The translations under genes and the position numbers were made by a program. Of a DNA stretch of 64,000 nucleotides, positions 18,090 through 28,022 are shown piece by piece. Numbering within the stretch: position 1 is the stretch's first letter; every line of letters begins with the position of its first letter. This DNA comes from Armatimonadota bacterium (lineage in GTDB: Bacteria > Armatimonadota > Fimbriimonadia > Fimbriimonadales > Fimbriimonadaceae): assembly GCA_031400935.1 (NCBI GenBank), contig JANNQV010000015.1, forward strand, positions 124,001 to 188,000. The letters are read 5' to 3'. Under the pieces are notes generated by a model. The model ran no database searches. It saw nothing but the letters and a program-made list of their open reading frames with translations, and had not been told where the DNA came from.

Positions 18090-19247
18090 CTAGCTCTGCT
18101 TCGCGTTAACGGACCAGATTCGAACTACCTTGTCAAGCCCAGCGCTCGAAAGAACAGTTCCATCTTCGCTGAAAGCTACAGTAAGAATTGGCCTTGCTGA
18201 GGCTTCCAAATTCGCTTGTCCGATGCCATCAGTTGCATTCCAAAGACCGACAATTCCGTCTCTAGCACCACTCGCCAATAGCCAGCCATTCGGGTGGAAA
18301 GCCAAGGTCTCAATCGGTTTAGTGTGACCGGACATCACTTTTGTGAGCTGTCCATCAACTAAGTTGAAAATTCGAATCGAAAGATCAACGGCAGCAACCG
18401 CAACACATTGGTTGTCAGGGCTAAACGCGAGCGCAGTAACTGTCGAACGAACAGGTTGGAACGTATAAATCTCTTTGCCCGTGCTTGCTTCACGAAGCTT
18501 AACGGTCGCATCGGCAGATCCTGAAGCCAAATACTTGCCATCGGCAGACCAAACAACGGAAGTAACCGCCCCTGTATGATCTGATTTAGAATAAATCGAA
18601 TGTCCAGTGGACGTGTCAATCAGAACGACAGATTTGTGCATCGTTCCCATCGCCAAACGAGTTCCATCAGGCGAGATCGCCGTGCATGCCGCCCATTCGA
18701 TTGCATAGTTCCTCCAAAGGTCGGAACCTCCGCCGGAAACTTGGCAAAAACTGACTTGAGCCTCACTTGCTCCTGCAACGAGGACCTTTCCTCCTGGAAT
18801 CGAACGAATTGTCGAAATCAACCCGGATTCGAGCTTGTGCCGTCGGTTCAATTCGCCTTTCTGAGCATCCCACCAAATGAGCTCATTGTCAAAGGAGCCG
18901 GTAATTAGTTCGCCGGTTGTAATGTCAAATGCCGATGCATAGACCGGAGTTCTGTGCAATTCAAGACGATGGGAAAGCGACACTGAGATCGGGGCCTTTG
19001 GCTTTCGAACCTTTTTAACAGTTCCTACGCCAATGTATGCGCCGCCGAGTACTGCGTCGTATTCTTTACGTCTGATTGGGTCTATGAGGGTCTGAAACGC
19101 CTCATTGATTTTGGCCATGCGCTCATGCGAATTCGGGTCTGGATTTACATCCGGATGGAATTTGCGAGCGAGATTGCGATATGCGTTGCGTAGACTGTCT
19201 AAGTCTGCGTTTCTTTCTACACCTAAGGTTTCGTAATATGTTGTCAC
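18090..19247 (-). CDS. DnaJ (J-domain) plus WD40-repeat protein
   Basis: YYETLGV...FHPDVN J-domain; repeated GH/SV-FSPDG-LASGS-D-TVKLW units. Confidence 0.9.
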   Translation of the reverse strand: MTTYYETLGVERNADLDSLRNAYRNLARKFHPDVNPDPNSHERMAKINEAFQTLIDPIRRKEYDAVLGGAYIGVGTVKKVRKPKAPISVSLSHRLELHRTPVYASAFDITTGELITGSFDNELIWWDAQKGELNRRHKLESGLISTIRSIPGGKVLVAGASEAQVSFCQVSGGGSDLWRNYAIEWAACTAISPDGTRLAMGTMHKSVVLIDTSTGHSIYSKSDHTGAVTSVVWSADGKYLASGSADATVKLREASTGKEIYTFQPVRSTVTALAFSPDNQCVAVAAVDLSIRIFNLVDGQLTKVMSGHTKPIETLAFHPNGWLLASGARDGIVGLWNATDGIGQANLEASARPILTVAFSEDGTVLSSAGLDKVVRIWSVNAKQS

Positions 19248-19498
19248 GGGTTTATTGCTCTGAATTGTGGCAGGTCAAGGTCTCAAAAGTCCAGTTTTTT
19301 TGGACAAAAGTGCAAAATTCCTACCTGCATTCTGAAATGCTGGTAAAAAATGCGATTGAGGACCGCTGCCTACTAATTGTAACAAGATCTAGCGTGAAAA
19401 GTTCACAGTTTTTTGAAACTGTAGGACTTTTTTGGGTCTTTTGGGGTTTCGGCTACAAGACTACTTCTTTTAAGCATTCAATATCCGAAAGCCACATC

Positions 19499-19849
19499 TC
19501 ACTTCTTCGTCTTAGGCTTCTTCGCAGCCGCTTTTCGCCGAGCTACAGCTAGTGACTTCTCAATCCAAACTTCCAATTCGATCGGATCTGCCAGAACCCG
19601 GCTAGGCAACTCAAAGTAACCCATAGGCGGGGCGGTCGGCATTGGCCGCCATTGCTCGCTCCCCTCAATCTCATAATCTACCTGGTTCGATTCGTCTGCT
19701 TTGAACCACAAACGGTCGTCGTCAATAATTGCGAAAATCAGTTCGTCGGTATAGATTGAAATTCCGCCAAACATGGCTTTTGTACGAATTTGGCGGACTC
19801 CGGCGATCGTTGCTTCAGTCGCTTCACGAAATTCTTCGGTTACTGGCAT
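19499..19849 (-). CDS. TfoX/Sxy N-terminal domain protein
   Basis: KAMFGGISIY..ELIFAII.DDRLWFK, MGYFELP. Confidence 0.85.
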   Translation of the reverse strand: MPVTEEFREATEATIAGVRQIRTKAMFGGISIYTDELIFAIIDDDRLWFKADESNQVDYEIEGSEQWRPMPTAPPMGYFELPSRVLADPIELEVWIEKSLAVARRKAAAKKPKTKK

Positions 19850-19984
19850 GATTCGTCAGTATGTCAAATTTTTTTGGTTCAGATGGATTGTATGAACTTG
19901 GGTATAGGGGATGGTGGATGCGGTGCTGAGTGCAGAGTGGTAAGTGCTGAGAGCGGAAATTGGCTTGAGGAATGCGACCATTAG

Positions 19985-20020
19985 CGACGACCGACAACCA
20001 ACAACCAACAACCAACAACA
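19985..20020. repeat. Heptamer tandem repeat (CCAACAA)n
   Basis: cgacgaccgacaaccaacaaccaacaaccaacaac. Confidence 0.8.
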
Positions 20021-20051
20021 GATAATATAACTACCCAACGGAGAATCCCCC

Positions 20052-20828
20052 ATGAATTTGATTTTGTTGCTCATGTCACTCTTTCCATCAGCTTGTTCGG
20101 CACCAGACCAGAAACCGATAACAGGCTCCGACGTGGATTACGTTGTGAACGGTAAGACCATGCAAGGCTATTGGTCCGCTCTGGCTAATTCCGAGTCTCG
20201 ACGCCCAACAATTCTCATAATCCACGATTGGAACGGAATAGACGCATACGAAAAAATGCGCGCAGATATGATCGCCGGGCTTGGCTACAACGCATTTTGC
20301 GTGGACATTTATGGAAAGGGAATTCGCCCTACAAATAGCCGAGAAAGCGGTGCAGAAGCCGGAAAGTACTACGCCGATCATGCTTTGCTGCTTGAACGGG
20401 CGAAGGGCGGGCTAGACTTTGTGAAAGGACAAAGGCTAGCTAACCCTAACAAAATCGCGGCAATGGGCTATTGCTTTGGCGGAATGACAGTTCTCGAAAT
20501 GGCTCGTGCAGGATTTGAATTAAAAGGTGTTGTCAGCTTTCACGGCTCACTTTCGACCAAAAATCCGTTGACTGCCGATAAGTTCATAGGCAAAGCACTC
20601 GTGCTTCATGGCGAGGCCGACCCAGTTGTTCCTAAGGCCGATATTGATGCTTTGAAAGCGGAAATGTCCGGTGCCAAGGTTGATTTCAAGTTCGTTTCAT
20701 ATCCCGACGCTCTTCATTCGTTCACGATCAAGGGCGGGCCGGTAAGCCCAGCAACCAAATACGACGAAACTGCCGACAAGGGTTCTTGGAACGAAATGAA
20801 AACTCTGTTTGGCTCGATTTTTAAGTAG
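20052..20828 (+). CDS. Dienelactone hydrolase family protein
   Basis: HDWNG, GYCFGG nucleophile, HGEADP, HSFT. Confidence 0.92.
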   Translation: MNLILLLMSLFPSACSAPDQKPITGSDVDYVVNGKTMQGYWSALANSESRRPTILIIHDWNGIDAYEKMRADMIAGLGYNAFCVDIYGKGIRPTNSRESGAEAGKYYADHALLLERAKGGLDFVKGQRLANPNKIAAMGYCFGGMTVLEMARAGFELKGVVSFHGSLSTKNPLTADKFIGKALVLHGEADPVVPKADIDALKAEMSGAKVDFKFVSYPDALHSFTIKGGPVSPATKYDETADKGSWNEMKTLFGSIFK

Positions 20829-20908
20829 GGCTTCTGGCAGTGTTTTCTGAATGCTGTGGCGGCTTCGTTCGTCTATTCGTTATGCTTCAATTGAAAAGGA
20901 AAATTACG

Positions 20909-22000
20909 ATGACTGGTATGAAAACTTTGTTCAACATTGCCTTGCTTGCAACCGTTTCTGCTAGCGCTTTCGCAGATATTCGCGATTTGCGAACCTCAGC
21001 CAATGGAACTGCAACATTTGAATTGGATGGAAGGAAGTTCAAAGTTGACCAAGTAGAAGTTAATTTGGAGTCAAATAAGAAATTTGAAGTCGTAATTACT
21101 GGCAAAGGGCAGAATTATCAGTTTCGCGGGGATTGGGCTCCATTTGGAGATCATCGGGCGCTTCTTAGAATCAAATCAGGCAACCTGCAATCTGCAACTG
21201 GCGAAGGCCAGTTAACCGTTGATGATAGAAATCGCCTAACCCGTATCGAAGTTAGGGGCAAATCGAGATCAGGGGATTTCAAGGCATCGTTCGACATTAA
21301 CAGAGATTCCGATGATGATGTCAAAGGCAAAGGGCCAGAGATCAACAGCACGATTCGAGGCGATGGTTTCTTACGAATCGGAGGGTCTAGTGTTGGGCTT
21401 CGTCAATTTGGCACAAAACTGAGCAGAAATGGCGTGCTTGACCTCTATTTCGTCACCGACAAGGGTGCAGAAATCCGTTTGCGTGGAAGATGGTTTGAGC
21501 GTCGCGGAAAGGCGTACGACCTATTGATTTCTGATATTGACAATTCTTCAAAAGTAGAGGCTCGTGGCGTTCTGGACATGTACAGCCGCAATGAGGTCGA
21601 AAAAATTGAAATTGACGGCCGTCAGGGAAGAGAGAGCTTTGAAGTCAGTTTCAAGAGCTCCGAACGAGATAATGATCGCCAAGGCCAGCCCGGAAATTGG
21701 AGTTTCAATACTGAAAAACGCGGCAGAGGCGATCTGAAAGCACGAAGCGATTCATACGACATAGATAAAGCAAGAGTTCGGCTGAACGATAACGGCGCCT
21801 TTGAAGTTTCGGTTTGGACAACGAAGGAGTACAAATACTCCGGGACATGGCGCAGAGATGGAGATGAAGCCAAGTTAATGGTGACTAAAGGTGGATTAGG
21901 CACCGGTTCAGTTCGGGTGAAGGGCAAAGACTGGAATCGCCTCAGCCTCGAAGTTCTTGACGATGGAACGAAATTCTCGATCCGGTTTGATGTGAAGTAG
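20909..22000 (+). CDS. Secreted hypothetical protein with three tandem beta-rich repeats
   Basis: AAGGA SD before ATG 20909, signal peptide ending SAFA, three related ~115-aa units each containing a (F/L/Y)xGxW motif. Confidence 0.7.
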   Translation: MTGMKTLFNIALLATVSASAFADIRDLRTSANGTATFELDGRKFKVDQVEVNLESNKKFEVVITGKGQNYQFRGDWAPFGDHRALLRIKSGNLQSATGEGQLTVDDRNRLTRIEVRGKSRSGDFKASFDINRDSDDDVKGKGPEINSTIRGDGFLRIGGSSVGLRQFGTKLSRNGVLDLYFVTDKGAEIRLRGRWFERRGKAYDLLISDIDNSSKVEARGVLDMYSRNEVEKIEIDGRQGRESFEVSFKSSERDNDRQGQPGNWSFNTEKRGRGDLKARSDSYDIDKARVRLNDNGAFEVSVWTTKEYKYSGTWRRDGDEAKLMVTKGGLGTGSVRVKGKDWNRLSLEVLDDGTKFSIRFDVK

Positions 22001-22135
22001 GGTTTATGGATGTTGGGTCATCGGGTTTTTGGGATTGCTGAATAGCGAAGCGCAATGTGCGGAAAGCGGAGTGTTGAAGCTTTCCACAAGTCCCACCAGT
22101 CCTAGGGCCGCCAACCGCTCATCGATAACTGCGAA

Positions 22136-22636
22136 CTATCTTTTTGTGTATGTAGCCGAAGTCATTTGTGACCAAGACTCGCCGTATTGAACGTCCAAAT
22201 TGAGTTGGAATCCGTCCTTCCCCTGGATCAATGTGAGGCGGTGAGGTTGCTTGCCAAAGCCAACCTTTGCTAGCTCAGAGTTGAGTACGTACTCGGTTTT
22301 GGATGACTGCTTGCCCGAAAATACCATTGGATCAGGGTTCATGCTGCTGAAAAACCAGAGCCTGTAAGCGGAGTCAGACACGTTGTACCGTATGATGATG
22401 TGATTCTCGACTTTCTGGCCCATTATCTCGTAGGCTTCATCTACGAAAATCGCGGAGGATTTCAAGCTATTTTGAATTTTTGCAGAAATCTCGAATTTGG
22501 GTTTGTTCGGTGCCATATGGAGAGTCGAAGTCGCTTTCCACTCGCCAAAGATGAACTGCAACTTAAATAACCCAGTTTCTTGGATTGTGCCAGATTGTGC
22601 AGATGCGAGCATCGCGATGGCTAAACAGAGTGTCAT
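22136..22636 (-). CDS. Secreted hypothetical protein (DUF1579-like beta-barrel)
   Basis: Signal peptide, LQFIFGEW, YN...YRLWFFSS, TYTKR C-terminus. Confidence 0.55.
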   Translation of the reverse strand: MTLCLAIAMLASAQSGTIQETGLFKLQFIFGEWKATSTLHMAPNKPKFEISAKIQNSLKSSAIFVDEAYEIMGQKVENHIIIRYNVSDSAYRLWFFSSMNPDPMVFSGKQSSKTEYVLNSELAKVGFGKQPHRLTLIQGKDGFQLNLDVQYGESWSQMTSATYTKR

Positions 22637-25600
22637 TCTTTCACCTCGATAACTGGCTTCCCTGCCGCCTTGAATGCCTCGTTAAGCTTACCCAAATCGT
22701 ACTTGAGTGTCTCAGCGAGAGCTTTCAATTGCTCGTCCGTTTGTTTCGCCAGGATAGTGAACACTTCATACGATTGCTTAGTCGGCTTGTAGTTTCCGCC
22801 TTGAACAACCCCCAATAGCGAACCCAGTTTGTTGTTTAGCCTGATCGGATAATTAAGGAAATCTTGTCCACTGCGAGCTTTGGTTTGGTACAAAGCTTCT
22901 TCCACGCTAAGAATGTTGGCAAGCAACGGTTGTGCAATAGCGGTAAGACTAGCATCTCCTTTTGTCACTTCCTCGACCTTGCCACGAATAGAACGAATCT
23001 TGACTATCGCGTCGTTTGCCTCGCTCGTCTTGTTCGCGATTTTTTGAGAAAGTTCAAACTGGGCGACGAGGTCTTTATCAGACGATTTCGAGCGCGGGTC
23101 TTTGTTCCAAACTGCGTCAGCTTCAAGCACCTTTCCGTCAACAGTAACTTTAACCCGAAATGCACCTGGAGGAGCCTTAATTGAACCTGGTCCGCCGTCC
23201 CATTGCCGAAGCCCTGGAAAGCTTCGATAGCTTGGATATCGAGGCGAAAGCGAAGTCTGGTTAAATCCACTGTTTCTGCGTCCCGTACCAGTCGCCACCA
23301 CGATTCCAGATAGATCTACCATCTCTAGCTTCACTTCTTTTGCATCTTTCGGCAAAAAGTAGTTGACTATCAGTCCTTGCATAGGATTTGCGCCCATTGG
23401 TTCCGTCGGTGCGCCAGGAGTCCTTCGACCGCCTCCACCTCCAAATCCTCCACCTCCCCAAGAATAACCTGGTGCCGGAGCGAACAATGTAGGTTCAGAA
23501 ATCTTGTTGAACCCACTTGCTGCCCATTCTTGAACTGGAGTCAAATCGTCAAGTACCCAAAACGATCTGCCATGCGTCGCGACGATCAAATCTCGATTCT
23601 TCAAAGCTATGTCATGGATCGGGACGATTGGCAAATTCATTTGAAATGGATACCAACGTTCACCACCATCTGGACTAAAAAACATTCCAATTTCTGTCCC
23701 GCAATAGAGCAGATTCTTGATTCGGAGGTCCTCTCGAACCACTCGAACGAACGCATTGTTTGGCAATCCCAAGACTGAATTCGACCAACTTGAGCCCCCA
23801 TCGCGTGTGATGAAAACGTATGGCGCATGGTCATCGTTTTCATGATTATCTACCGCAAGAATGGCTGTGTTGGGATCGTGCGGAGAAGGATCAATCATGC
23901 TGCATAGCCCATCCTTAGGAATATTGGCTGGTGTTACGTTGCGCCACCTGCCTCCTGAATTCGAGGTTACATGAACCAAACCGTCGTCACTGCCCGCCCA
24001 AATCAAGCCCTTTTTCCTAGGAGATTCGGCAACTGTAAAAACGGTGCAGTAGTATTCTACGCTCGTGTTGTCTTGGGTTAGAGGCCCTCCTGAAGTGCCT
24101 TGCTTCGACTTGTCGTTTGTCGTGAGGTCTGGGCTAATCACTTGCCAACTTCCACCACCATCTTTGCTTCTCATTACGTGTTGGGAACAGGTGTAAAGCG
24201 TGTTTGGATCGTGTGGAGAGAAGACAATTGGAAATGTCCACTGGAATCGGTGCTTGGTACTATCCGTTCCGGCTCCCATTGGGTTATCCGGCCACGGATT
24301 AACGGTTCGATTTTGGCTGTTTCTGTGATCCATCATGCTCAAATCGCCGCCATAGCTTCCGCCAAATACGATGTCAGGATCGTTAGGCTTTGCAGAAACA
24401 TATCCGCTTTCGCCGCCCGCCGTGCTTGTCCAATCTAACGAGCCTATGCCCGAACCAAAAGTCCGGCTCAGAATTCGAATTGTCGAGTTGTCTTGCTGTG
24501 CGCCCAGAATTCGGTAGGGCAAACTGTTGTCGGTGGAAACATGATAGAACTGAGCGGTGGCTGTATCTTGGGCCGACCAATTTCGCCCGTTGTCAACGCT
24601 TGCGCTTGCTCCGCCATCGTTTCCACAAATTAGGTGAGTTGTATCGGTTGGGTCAATCCAAAAATCGTGGTTATCGCTATGCATTGCGTTTGTTTGGGTA
24701 AAGGTTTGACCGCCATTTGAGGACCTATGGAGCCCAACATTTAGCACCCAAACCGCATCAGCGTTTTTTGGGTCGGCATAGACTCTGGTGTAATACCAAG
24801 GACGCTGTCGCAAGTCAGGGTTTCCGTTGATCAGCTTCCAGGTTGCGCCTGCATCTTCGGAACGGTAGAGTCCGCCTTCTTTAGCTTCGATCATCGCGAA
24901 AACACGCAGAGGATTTGCCTCAGAAACGGCGATTCCCATTTTCCCTAAGACGCCTGAAGGCAAGCCTATATTGGAGCTAATGTCCTTCCAAGTTTCGCCG
25001 CCGTCGGACGATTTCCAAATTCTGCTTCCTGGACCACCGCTGTTGAGTGAGTAAGGAGTTCGCCAAGAAGTCCAAGTGGTTGCGTAAAGGATGTTTGGAT
25101 TCGCTTGATCAACGGAAATATCTGCGGCTCCGCTTCGATCATCTACAAAAAGTACCTTACGCCAAGTTGTCCCGCCATCCGTAGTTTTATAGATTCCTCG
25201 ATCCGAATGCGCCCCGTAAATGTGACCTAATGCCGCAACCCAAATCACATTTGGGTTCTTTGGGTGAATTCGAACTCGTGCAATCGTTTGCGTTGAGGCT
25301 AAACCAAGGTGGCGCCATGTTTCACCGCCGTCATCGCTGCGATAAACTCCATCCCCGCCTGAAATGTTGCCACGCAGTTCTGTTTCCCCCATTCCAACGA
25401 CCACAGTTTTCGGGTTGGAACGGCTGACTTCGATAGCCCCTACCGAGCCATATTTGAAGAATCCATCGGAAACGCATTTCCAGTTCTCGCCGGAATCGGT
25501 TGACTTCCAAACTCCGCCGCCTGTTGCGCCAAAGTAGAACTCGTTTGGGCTTCCGTAAACTCCAGTAACTGCGCAGGATCGTCCGCCGCGAAAGGGACCG

Positions 25601-25707
25601 ATTTCTCGCCATGAAATTCCTGGAAAGAGGTTTTTGGCTGATTGCGAAAGGCTCAATGAAGCAAAACCAAGCAAAAGTGAAGTGACAAAGAGTGCACGAA
25701 AACGCAT
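22633..25707 (-). CDS. VPS10/BNR (Asp-box) repeat secreted glycosyl hydrolase-like protein
   Basis: WREIGPFRGGRS, many SxDGGxTW Asp boxes, ATHGRSFWVLDD. Confidence 0.9.
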   Translation of the reverse strand: MRFRALFVTSLLLGFASLSLSQSAKNLFPGISWREIGPFRGGRSCAVTGVYGSPNEFYFGATGGGVWKSTDSGENWKCVSDGFFKYGSVGAIEVSRSNPKTVVVGMGETELRGNISGGDGVYRSDDGGETWRHLGLASTQTIARVRIHPKNPNVIWVAALGHIYGAHSDRGIYKTTDGGTTWRKVLFVDDRSGAADISVDQANPNILYATTWTSWRTPYSLNSGGPGSRIWKSSDGGETWKDISSNIGLPSGVLGKMGIAVSEANPLRVFAMIEAKEGGLYRSEDAGATWKLINGNPDLRQRPWYYTRVYADPKNADAVWVLNVGLHRSSNGGQTFTQTNAMHSDNHDFWIDPTDTTHLICGNDGGASASVDNGRNWSAQDTATAQFYHVSTDNSLPYRILGAQQDNSTIRILSRTFGSGIGSLDWTSTAGGESGYVSAKPNDPDIVFGGSYGGDLSMMDHRNSQNRTVNPWPDNPMGAGTDSTKHRFQWTFPIVFSPHDPNTLYTCSQHVMRSKDGGGSWQVISPDLTTNDKSKQGTSGGPLTQDNTSVEYYCTVFTVAESPRKKGLIWAGSDDGLVHVTSNSGGRWRNVTPANIPKDGLCSMIDPSPHDPNTAILAVDNHENDDHAPYVFITRDGGSSWSNSVLGLPNNAFVRVVREDLRIKNLLYCGTEIGMFFSPDGGERWYPFQMNLPIVPIHDIALKNRDLIVATHGRSFWVLDDLTPVQEWAASGFNKISEPTLFAPAPGYSWGGGGFGGGGGRRTPGAPTEPMGANPMQGLIVNYFLPKDAKEVKLEMVDLSGIVVATGTGRRNSGFNQTSLSPRYPSYRSFPGLRQWDGGPGSIKAPPGAFRVKVTVDGKVLEADAVWNKDPRSKSSDKDLVAQFELSQKIANKTSEANDAIVKIRSIRGKVEEVTKGDASLTAIAQPLLANILSVEEALYQTKARSGQDFLNYPIRLNNKLGSLLGVVQGGNYKPTKQSYEVFTILAKQTDEQLKALAETLKYDLGKLNEAFKAAGKPVIEVKE

Positions 25708-25739
25708 AGCTGTTCATTTTGCACGGAAATGCGAACTTT

Positions 25740-25848
25740 TGGGAGTGCGCGGGCTTGACCGCGCTATTACGATCAATCAGGTCAAGAATATAGGTTCAAA
25801 GGCATTCGTAATGCAAAACCAAAGCGCGGTCAAGCCCGCGCACTCCCA
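25740..25848. repeat. REPIN-like element: 26-bp perfect inverted repeat
   Basis: tgggagtgcgcgggcttgaccgcgct (25740-25765) / agcgcggtcaagcccgcgcactccca (25823-25848). Confidence 0.9.
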
Positions 25849-25863
25849 TGACCACTCCCAAAA

Positions 25864-27807
25864 CTACCGGTCAGACGTGATATTCACTTCGTCAATACGA
25901 AGTTCCGCACCACTAGGCATTCCACTTGTAGTTATCGTTACATACACGGTTCGTTCGTCATCTAAGAATCGCGAAGGATTGGGAAGTGTGAAGACAGACA
26001 AGGTAGGAGAAAGTGGCGGCGTTATAGCACTCAGCTCCACAAAACTCCCATAAGGATACGAAGCGGAGCTCCAGTCGTAAACTCGAATTCTCTCAAGACT
26101 TGCCGCTTCGGTGCTTGTGTAATGCCGCCGTATTCGCAATTTCAACTCAGCCGAAAGTTGAACTTTGTGAAAAGTTGTTTGAGCAAAAATGATTCCATCG
26201 CTTTGACGCGTGCATCGCAACAGGTTGCCATCAGAAACGAGAGTCTGCAAGAATCCGCCAAACGTGCTTGCGCTTGGAGTCGAGGCCTCGCTCATCGGAT
26301 AGCAAACGCGATAGGTTCTTGGCATGGTCAGATTTGAAATCTGAATATTGTTGACTTTTACTGCAAATGGGCCGAATTGAGGTGGTAGGTATTCAAATTC
26401 TATGTAATCTCGAGTCTGGTTCAAAATTGGAACAGGAACCCCAGATATTGAGGCTTCGACGGTGTTTGGAGATTGAAACCCGCGACCATAAATTCTCGAG
26501 ACCAAAAAATTATCCTCTGGGTAAATCACGTCGTTGGGTTGATTTCCTAGCATCGAAACATAACGCACAACCGGTGTTCGTGCCTGAGCCGGAGTTCCTA
26601 GAATCGCTTCCATGGCTAATCTTGCGTTGACTTTTCCGTAGTTGCAATATTCGCCAAAAGGTGCCTGATTGACCGCCGTCGCAGTGTCTTCGATGGCATT
26701 GCGAAGTTCAACATTGGTGGCTGTTGGCCTTGCTCCAAGGAGTAGGGCTGCGACCCCAGCGGCGTGAGGGCAAGCAGCGCTTGTTCCCGCAAATCCCGTT
26801 GTGTATGCGCCGTTCAGAGCTGTAGAAACTACATTAGTCCCCGGGGCAGAGACGTCAACCCATGCGCCCCAATTCGAGAAGCCGGCTTTGTTTCCATTGG
26901 TGCCGTAAGCCGCCACACCCATCGAATTGTCATATGCTCCCGGATAGAAGGGGATTACTGAACTGGCGTTGCCCGCCGCGACAATGGGAAGCACATTGTT
27001 ATCCCAACAAAAGTTGATTGCATCCCGTTCGGATGGGCTTACCTGGTCGGAAAAGAAGCTGCACGAAAAGATTCTTGCACCGTTATTTGCCGCATACAAG
27101 TATGCCGGAACGGTCATCGAATCGTAGAAATATCCGCTGTCAATACAGGCTTTGATCGCCATAATTTTGGCGCGAGGTGCGACTCCGCTTAGCCCTATGT
27201 TATTGTCGCCAACCGCAGCGACGATACCAGCGCAAGGCGTTCCGTGTCCAAAAACATCGTTTGGAATCGCATCGTTGTAAGCAAAATCGTAGCCGTTGAT
27301 GTCGTCTACGTAGCCGTTGTTGTCATCGTCAATGCTGTTCCCAGGAATCTCTCCCGCATTTACCCAAATGTTTGCAGCTAAGTCGGGATGGGCGGTTTCT
27401 ACGCCTGTATCAATAACCGCAACGATTGCTGAATTTGAACCCAGGGAAAGGTCCCATGCGGTGTTCACGTTCATCGAAGGAAGGGACCATTGGTCGGGCC
27501 ACATCGGGTCGTTCGGCGTGTAGGCTGGTCGGGCGGCGCGGTCAAAAGTGACTTGTTCGACTCCGAATCCCTGGCTGAGCGCTTCTTTCGTTTCAAGTAG
27601 TTTTCCCTTTGGGACTTCGACAACGCACCATCGAATTTCTGGCATAGTTCCAAGTATCTTGCTTCCGCTCAATCGAATTTGGAATGGCATAATTCCAAGC
27701 TTGAGCTTCATCATCAGCCGTTGTGGATGACAGAGCATTCCGCCTACTTCAATCGGCAAAATGTCATTCGTTGAAGTGGCTAATACAAGTGCGGCAGCAA
27801 AAAACAT
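25864..27807 (-). CDS. S8 family (subtilisin-like) serine peptidase
   Basis: VAVIDTG, GHGTPCAG, AGTSAACPHAAG catalytic triad. Confidence 0.93.
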   Translation of the reverse strand: MFFAAALVLATSTNDILPIEVGGMLCHPQRLMMKLKLGIMPFQIRLSGSKILGTMPEIRWCVVEVPKGKLLETKEALSQGFGVEQVTFDRAARPAYTPNDPMWPDQWSLPSMNVNTAWDLSLGSNSAIVAVIDTGVETAHPDLAANIWVNAGEIPGNSIDDDNNGYVDDINGYDFAYNDAIPNDVFGHGTPCAGIVAAVGDNNIGLSGVAPRAKIMAIKACIDSGYFYDSMTVPAYLYAANNGARIFSCSFFSDQVSPSERDAINFCWDNNVLPIVAAGNASSVIPFYPGAYDNSMGVAAYGTNGNKAGFSNWGAWVDVSAPGTNVVSTALNGAYTTGFAGTSAACPHAAGVAALLLGARPTATNVELRNAIEDTATAVNQAPFGEYCNYGKVNARLAMEAILGTPAQARTPVVRYVSMLGNQPNDVIYPEDNFLVSRIYGRGFQSPNTVEASISGVPVPILNQTRDYIEFEYLPPQFGPFAVKVNNIQISNLTMPRTYRVCYPMSEASTPSASTFGGFLQTLVSDGNLLRCTRQSDGIIFAQTTFHKVQLSAELKLRIRRHYTSTEAASLERIRVYDWSSASYPYGSFVELSAITPPLSPTLSVFTLPNPSRFLDDERTVYVTITTSGMPSGAELRIDEVNITSDR

Positions 27808-27911
27808 TTCATTTCCTATCAGGGCTTATCTTATCCGACTGGTTTGCGCTTGTCTTTGGTTCGACACCCAAACGGAAGCAAATTTTGGAAATCTTGGAAC
27901 AATTGCTAGGA

Positions 27912-28016
27912 ATGGCTGGGGATTGCTGGGAATGGTTGGGGATTTTTACGAGAAGCACACTACTGTTCCCCATAATGCCCAGCTACTCCAAGCCATTCCC
28001 AGCAATCCCCAGCCAT
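27912..28016. repeat. 24-bp perfect inverted repeat built of ~10-nt subunits
   Basis: atggctggggattgctgggaatgg (27912-27935) / ccattcccagcaatccccagccat (27993-28016). Confidence 0.85.
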
Positions 28017-28022
28017 ACAAAG

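Noticed and set aside
25740..25848. Dispersed repeats as a CRISPR array
   Set aside because: They are inverted pairs or scattered copies, not direct repeats with regular unique spacers, and there are no cas genes
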